In this document: positions 58,363 through 64,000 of the stretch, one piece after another
Layout of the letters: each line of letters begins with the position of its first letter
Position numbering within the stretch: position 1 is the first letter of the stretch
Assembly: GCA_965216635.1 (NCBI GenBank)
Contig: OZ244188.1
Location: forward strand, 1,376,001-1,440,000
Source: a bacterium
GTDB taxonomy: Bacteria > SAR324 > XYD2-FULL-50-16 > G965216635
Reading direction: 5' to 3'
DNA: 64,000 bases
The notes under the pieces: model-generated
The model's database searches: none
The model's input: only the letters and a program-made list of their open reading frames with translations
Told to the model about the DNA's origin: nothing
Position numbers and translations under genes: made by a program

Positions 58363-59619
58363 TTATTTTTTATTCAAATAAACTTCAAATTCAGGGCGAA
58401 ATTTTTCAATATAGGAGCAAACAGGCATAGCGCCAGCATCTCCTAACGCACAAAGTGTGTTGCCTATAATATTAGATGCAACTTTGTAGATGGCATCAAT
58501 GCTATCCATTTCTGCTCTGCCTCTTATTAAATCTACCAGCATAATACGGATCCAATTCAAACCTTCACGGCAGGGAGTACATTGCCCACAAGATTCGTAA
58601 TTGTAAAAGCAAACCAAACGGTGTAAAAATGCTACTAAATCTACATCTTCGTCTATTACTATAATACCGCAAGAACCCATCAAACTACCTGCTTTTTGTA
58701 CAGAATCAAAATCATAGTTTATATTAATTTCACTGGCTTTGAGAATAGGCACTGAGGAGCCACCAGGGATAACTGCTTTGAGTTTTTTTCCGGCTAGCAT
58801 ACCTCCTGCTAAATCTTCAATAATAGATTTCAGATTTTCTCCCATTTTCACCTCATATACAGCGGGTTTTTTTACCTGTCCAGAAATACAAACTAATCTA
58901 GTTCCAGTATTATTAGGAGTACCATTTTCTTGGAATTTTTTTGCTCCAAATCTTATAATACTTGGAAGATTACAGAGAGTTTCCACATTATTAACACTAG
59001 TAGGGCAAGCATCAAAACCTTCTATAGCTGGAAATGGGGGTTTGATACGAGGCTCTCCTCTTTTACCTTCTAAAGAATCTAAAAGAGCGGTTTCTTCTCC
59101 ACAAATATAAGCTCCTGCACCTGGGTGGATAGTAATTTCTACAGAAAATTTTTTTCCAAATGTTGTTTTTCCTAAGTATTTTTTTGCTTTGAGTTCATCC
59201 ATTGCTTTGTATAGCCTTTCCATTGCTTCTACAAATTCTCCGCGCACATAGATATAGGTATGCCTGCAATTTACAGCATAACAACCAATCAATAAGCCTT
59301 CTAGCAAAAGATGAGGGTCTTTAAGCATCAATTCTCTGTCCTTACAGGTGCCGGGTTCTCCTTCATCAGCGTTGCAGATTAAATAATTGGCTTTTTTTGT
59401 GTTTTTTGCCATAAAACTCCACTTCAATCCAGTAGGAAAACCCGCCCCGCCTCTTCCTCTTAAACCAGATTCTTTAACTAAAGCTACAACTTCTTCGGGG
59501 CTCATACTCAAGGCTTTTTTAAGTCCTAGGTAGCCTCCGTTGTCTTCGTATTCTTGTAGGCTTCCAGTATAATTTTTCTTGCGGATATTAGAAAATAAAA
59601 CTAAGGTTTCTTGTAACAT
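58363..59619 (-). CDS. nuoF: NADH:quinone oxidoreductase subunit F
   Basis: SGLRGRGGAGFPTG.KW, GAGAYICGEETAL, ESCGQCTPCREG. Confidence 0.97.
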   Translation of the reverse strand: MLQETLVLFSNIRKKNYTGSLQEYEDNGGYLGLKKALSMSPEEVVALVKESGLRGRGGAGFPTGLKWSFMAKNTKKANYLICNADEGEPGTCKDRELMLKDPHLLLEGLLIGCYAVNCRHTYIYVRGEFVEAMERLYKAMDELKAKKYLGKTTFGKKFSVEITIHPGAGAYICGEETALLDSLEGKRGEPRIKPPFPAIEGFDACPTSVNNVETLCNLPSIIRFGAKKFQENGTPNNTGTRLVCISGQVKKPAVYEVKMGENLKSIIEDLAGGMLAGKKLKAVIPGGSSVPILKASEININYDFDSVQKAGSLMGSCGIIVIDEDVDLVAFLHRLVCFYNYESCGQCTPCREGLNWIRIMLVDLIRGRAEMDSIDAIYKVASNIIGNTLCALGDAGAMPVCSYIEKFRPEFEVYLNKK

Positions 59620-59628
59620 CTTCAGTTT

Positions 59629-60096
59629 TTATTTAGAATTGGCGTCTATGATTTTATCTACTTTTTCAGTAGTTAAATTTTCTTGGTATTTATTATTGAC
59701 TATCATTACAGGAGCAGCACTACAGGCACCTAAACATTCTACTGTCTCTAAAAAAAAATTGCTTGTTGGATTGTTTTCGTGGGCTTTCACTTCCAGTTTA
59801 TTTTCTAAATGTTTCACAATTTCAGTGGCACCTTTTATCCAGCAACTTAAATTTGTACAAACAGAAATTTGATTTTTGGCTCTTTTTTTTTGGACGAACA
59901 TACTATAAAAGCTCACTACTCCTTGGACATGGTTAAAGGATATTTCGCACATTTTTGCTATGTGATGCACAGCATCGGAATCTATTTCACCTTTCTCTTT
60001 TTGGACTAGGTGCAAAAGAGGAAGGAGTGCATACTGCTTTTTAGGGTATTTTTTAAACAATTTTTTAGCGGTATTTTTAAAGTCGGTAGAAAACAT
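59629..60096 (-). CDS. nuoE: NADH:quinone oxidoreductase subunit E
   Basis: LLPLLH, V.SFY, VCTNLSC, ECLGAC..AP. Confidence 0.95.
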   Translation of the reverse strand: MFSTDFKNTAKKLFKKYPKKQYALLPLLHLVQKEKGEIDSDAVHHIAKMCEISFNHVQGVVSFYSMFVQKKRAKNQISVCTNLSCWIKGATEIVKHLENKLEVKAHENNPTSNFFLETVECLGACSAAPVMIVNNKYQENLTTEKVDKIIDANSK

Positions 60097-60122
60097 TATT
60101 TTTTTACAGTATGTCTATTTTA

Positions 60123-60300
60123 TAGACCTTTGAATTTCGCTGATGCTTACCCCACTATTTGGCTAGCCAAATGGGAAATAAGTGCGAAAAAAATTTTTAG
60201 CTCGCTGGAATGTGTAAGTATTTCAAGAGTTAAAAAAAATTTTCAACACTGCATAGGCTAAACAGCTAGTTTTGTCCTATTTGGCAAATTCAAAAGTCTA
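60123..60300. mobile_element. RPE-like MITE
   Basis: TAGACCTTTGAATTTCGC...GGCAAATTCAAAAGTCTA. Confidence 0.85.
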
Positions 60301-60370
60301 TTCTATTCTATTTATTTTACTTTAGCTATACTAGAGTGGATAAAAAAATTCAACCTATATTTTTCAATTT

Positions 60371-62035
60371 ATGTCTTCCAAGCAACAAATAAAAAACCTG
60401 ATAAATCGTTTTAAGACAAGTCGTTTCTTAATTCAAATCATATTAGATGGCTACGGCATAGGAAAAAAAGATTTCACCAATGCCATTTTTCAGGCAAAAA
60501 CTCCTTATATGGATTATCTGCTTAAAAACTATGCCAATACAGAGCTTTTTACTCACGGAAAATTTGTTGGTTTGCCCGATGAAAACAGTTTGGGTAGTTC
60601 TGAGATAGGGCATAGCACCATAGGAGCTGGACGAGTCAATCTACAACTTCCTAGTTTAATTCAAAAAAAAATAGCAGATGGTAGTTTTGCGAAAGAGCCT
60701 ACTCTTTTAGAACTTTTCAGAAAGGCAAAAAAAAACTCATTGCACCTTGTTGGCTTGTTATCCGATGGCAACATTCATAGCAATATTCACCATTTAGAAA
60801 CAATTATACTAGAAGCGGAGAAAAATGGAGTTAGCCGTTGCTTCTTGCACGCTCTTTTAGACGGTAGAGATGTTGGTGTGCAGAGTGCTTTGGACTATAC
60901 TGCAAGAATTCAAATGCTTTTTCAGAAAATTAAAAGTAGAAATCCTAGTTTTGAATATGCGTTTGCTTCTGCTGGTGGTAGAGAATATACAACAATGGAT
61001 AGAGCCGAAAATTGGTACTTAGTGCAAAGAGGTTGGGATGCTCATGTTAGAGGAAAAGCAGAGTTTTGTTTTGATTCTGTAAAAGAAGGAATTGAGCATT
61101 TTCGTCAAAAAAACCCTCAAATTGTAGACCAAAACATTCCAGCTTTTAATATAAGAAATTTCCTCAATAACAAAACAGCTAAAAAAACGGTTGCGATGCA
61201 AGATGGAGATGCTGTTTTTTTTTTCAATTTCAGATCAGATAGAGCATCAGAATTTTGCTCTGCTTTAGAGGATAAGAATTTTTCAGAATTTCCTACTCCA
61301 GATAGACCTAATATCTATTTTGCTGCTATGTGTGTCTATAATCAAGATAAAAATACCCCTAAAAATAGAATAATAGAGCCATTTGCAAAAAAAAAAAATT
61401 TTGGAGAATGTTTAGTAGAAAAAAAAATTAAACAGTTTCGTTTAACAGAGACCCAAAAATATCCCCATGTAACTTTTTTTTATAATGGAGGCTATCGCAA
61501 GCCATTGGAGCAAAAATTAGAAACCTATCATTGTATTCAGTCTGATAATCCCGAACTTTTCTCCCAAATGCCTCAAATGAAAGCCAAAGAAATAACAAAA
61601 CAGGCGATAAAGTTTATTAAGAGTAAAGAGTATTCTTTTGGTTTAATTAATTTTCCTAATCCTGATATGGTAGGACATACTGGAAATTTTCAAGCTACTA
61701 AAAAAGCCATAGAAATATTAGATGGATGCCTGCAAAAAATTTGTGAGGTGATAATCCAAAATAATGGAACAGCAATCATTACAGCGGACCATGGAAACGC
61801 TGATGAAATGATTATCCAAACTACTGATAAAAAAGTTCAACCCAGTACCAAACATTCATTGAATCCAGTGCCTTTTATCATTTTAGATAAAAACTATCAA
61901 AATCAATATCAACTACAAAAAAACAGCTCAAAAAATCCTTTAACGCTTGCAAGTATTGCTGCTACTAGCTTTCTTTTATTAGGAAAAGAGCCTCCTAAGA
62001 CTATGGATATTGATTTATTTAAAAAAAATTTGTGA
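60371..62035 (+). CDS. gpmI: 2,3-bisphosphoglycerate-independent phosphoglycerate mutase
   Basis: ILDGYG, GSSEIGH, LLSDGNIHS, DMVGHTG, TADHGNAD. Confidence 0.95.
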   Translation: MSSKQQIKNLINRFKTSRFLIQIILDGYGIGKKDFTNAIFQAKTPYMDYLLKNYANTELFTHGKFVGLPDENSLGSSEIGHSTIGAGRVNLQLPSLIQKKIADGSFAKEPTLLELFRKAKKNSLHLVGLLSDGNIHSNIHHLETIILEAEKNGVSRCFLHALLDGRDVGVQSALDYTARIQMLFQKIKSRNPSFEYAFASAGGREYTTMDRAENWYLVQRGWDAHVRGKAEFCFDSVKEGIEHFRQKNPQIVDQNIPAFNIRNFLNNKTAKKTVAMQDGDAVFFFNFRSDRASEFCSALEDKNFSEFPTPDRPNIYFAAMCVYNQDKNTPKNRIIEPFAKKKNFGECLVEKKIKQFRLTETQKYPHVTFFYNGGYRKPLEQKLETYHCIQSDNPELFSQMPQMKAKEITKQAIKFIKSKEYSFGLINFPNPDMVGHTGNFQATKKAIEILDGCLQKICEVIIQNNGTAIITADHGNADEMIIQTTDKKVQPSTKHSLNPVPFIILDKNYQNQYQLQKNSSKNPLTLASIAATSFLLLGKEPPKTMDIDLFKKNL

Positions 62036-62111
62036 AAAATCAATTTTTTAATTCATTTTGCCCCGATTTTGCTTATAAGCCTATAGAGATTTACGAGATT
62101 GGAATAGAAGT

Positions 62112-62206
62112 TGAATCTTTGAAGTAGACATTCTAGTTCGGCTATGCTGCATTAAAATTTTTTTGCCTAGCCTAGCTTTTCTATAATGCCTAATTCAAAG
62201 GTTTCA
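62112..62206. mobile_element. Degenerate MITE of the 26933 subfamily (reverse orientation)
   Basis: TAGACATTCTAGTTC.GCTA and CTATAATGCCTAATTCAA match the reverse complement of 26933-27074. Confidence 0.7.
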
Positions 62207-62289
62207 ATTTGTAGTGAAATAATTTATAAATACAATTTACTTGATATAAATTTATCTGATTTTTTACTTTAAATAAAAAAAGAGCCACA

Positions 62290-63627
62290 ATGTCTACTAG
62301 AATTTTCTTATTGTTACTGTTGTTGACTTTTTATGCCTGTACTCGTTCTGATAGAATACAATACGAAGCTGTACAATCTGTCGGCACGGTGGAGAGTTAT
62401 CAACAATTTTTACGCAACAACCCTAAAAGCCGTTTTGCAGACGAGGTGCAAGATAAGTTATACACACTTGCTTATAGAAAAACAGCAGAAATAAATACTG
62501 CTCAGGCTTATGATGATTATATTAGAAAATACCCAGAAAGCCCTCACCTAGAAGAGTTAATAAAGAAAAAGGAAGATTCTTTAATATCTGCGGTCTTTAA
62601 AGAAGTACAAGCAGAAAATACTTTGCAGGGCTATATTAATTTTGTCACCAAATATCCCGAACACGATCTTGCTAAAAAAGCCACAAAAAGTATTCTCAAT
62701 AAACAAATTCAACTAAATGTAACGGATTCGGGAAGTACAAATAAACCTGCAAAATTATCGGAGTTACTTTTAGAGGATCTTGCGAAAATGACTCCAAAAC
62801 AAATTGCCGAGTTAATAAAAAATATACAGCAAAAGGAACCTAAAGCAGCTACGAATCGTATTCCTGTTGCACGGTCACCTAGCGCGCAAGTTGGTGAATT
62901 GACCGCTCAAGCACCATTATTCTCTCCATCGCAATCAGGTTTTGTAGAAGAACCTACTACAGTGAGTCCAGACAAACAGAACGCACCTTTTTTAAGAAAG
63001 GCAGATTTACAAGAAACATCGCCTCAAATTCAAGCTAAAGCTCAAATTTCAGGTACAGAACCTCAAATTCAAGCTAAAGCTCAAATTTCAGGTACAGAAC
63101 CTCAAATTCAAGCTAAAGCTCAAATTTCAGGTACAGAAGCTCAAATTTCAGGTACAGAACCTCAAATTTCAGGTACAACTTCTCCAGAGCAGCATAGTGA
63201 TTTGATAGATGACACTCCTATTAGTTTTCGTTCTTCTAACACTCCCGATAAAGTGCTATACGGTAAGGCATTTGTGTCTTCGCGTGCTCCGAGGGTGATT
63301 CATAAAGAATTTTCTTTTTTTATCAAAGCTTTGCAGAAAACCTCTCAATATGTAAAAATTAAGGCTAGTTTTCATAATCTCAATGAATCAGAAAAAGAAT
63401 TTTTCTTTTCTCGTATCAATCTAGTCAATAGTCAAGGCAGAAGGGTAAAACCAGTTTCTGTAAAAGGAGGAGGTTGGAAGGTGTCGGGTAGCGGAGTTAA
63501 GAGTAAAGCTTTTGGAAATGAGAGATCAGAATTTATAATTTTATTTCCTTCTTTAAATCTCTTTAGAAATAATAACTATAAACTTTATGTGACGGTCAAT
63601 GATAAAAATTATCTCATCCAAATATAA
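62290..63627 (+). CDS. Putative lipoprotein with helical repeats and a tandem-repeat linker
   Basis: LTFYAC lipobox-like; three Y..(F/Y)...(N/Y)P units; 39-bp repeats at 63022-63138. Confidence 0.65.
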   Translation: MSTRIFLLLLLLTFYACTRSDRIQYEAVQSVGTVESYQQFLRNNPKSRFADEVQDKLYTLAYRKTAEINTAQAYDDYIRKYPESPHLEELIKKKEDSLISAVFKEVQAENTLQGYINFVTKYPEHDLAKKATKSILNKQIQLNVTDSGSTNKPAKLSELLLEDLAKMTPKQIAELIKNIQQKEPKAATNRIPVARSPSAQVGELTAQAPLFSPSQSGFVEEPTTVSPDKQNAPFLRKADLQETSPQIQAKAQISGTEPQIQAKAQISGTEPQIQAKAQISGTEAQISGTEPQISGTTSPEQHSDLIDDTPISFRSSNTPDKVLYGKAFVSSRAPRVIHKEFSFFIKALQKTSQYVKIKASFHNLNESEKEFFFSRINLVNSQGRRVKPVSVKGGGWKVSGSGVKSKAFGNERSEFIILFPSLNLFRNNNYKLYVTVNDKNYLIQI

Positions 63628-63639
63628 GTCACGGATAAT

Positions 63640-64000
63640 ATGAAAGAAGAAAATAGCTTACAAAAAGCAATAGATTTGTGTCAGAAAGGAGAAAACTACT
63701 CTAAGAAAAATTCTTGCTCCATAGCACTACAATATTTTGATAAAGCAGAACCTATCTTACAAGCTCTTCAGAGCTTTGAATGGCTTGCTTTTTTAAAACA
63801 CCAAAAATTTTTTTGTTTTCTAGCCTTAGAAAAAATGGAGGAAGCGCAAAGCAGTGCTCAAACAGCCATTGAAATGTATAAAAAAACAGGTAACGAGGAA
63901 AGTCTAATCTCTATCCTCATCAACTTTATAGATTTTTGGAACAAAAAAGATAATTTTCAACAGGCTCTTTTTTACGCTAAACTCACAGAAGCCATTGTAG
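63640..64000 (+). CDS. TPR-like protein, runs off the window
   Basis: Open frame from ATG63640 (MKEENSLQKA...ALQYFDKA...AIEMYKK...ALFYA). Confidence 0.55.
   Translation, partial: MKEENSLQKAIDLCQKGENYSKKNSCSIALQYFDKAEPILQALQSFEWLAFLKHQKFFCFLALEKMEEAQSSAQTAIEMYKKTGNEESLISILINFIDFWNKKDNFQQALFYAKLTEAIV

Overview
Low-GC, Gram-negative bacterial chromosome segment, probably marine given dmdA and a FutA-type iron binder. Host association is plausible but only inferred. The backbone is housekeeping genes (glyQS, ribH, xseA, proA, rplM-rpsI, yebC-ruvC-ruvA, ssb, metK, ilvC, waaA, fabZ, glyA, rpiB, pepN, hisI, nuoEFG, gpmI). Four accessory layers sit on it. (1) Five paralogous outer-membrane beta-barrel genes with a constant barrel and two large variable loops. 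Three are tandem, with poly-T promoter spacers and downstream REP arrays. (2) About 17 copies or fragments of a modular, RPE-like palindromic MITE (TAGAC..GTCTA ends). One copy is inserted in a signal peptide, and one is split around an OMP gene. (3) A 107-bp direct-repeat-bounded island with an IS1595 remnant and a Panacea antitoxin pair. (4) Many in-frame tandem duplications, the most extreme being a 624-aa ribosomal protein S9. No rRNA, tRNA or CRISPR array was seen. All calls come from motif recognition and manual reading; no database searches were run.
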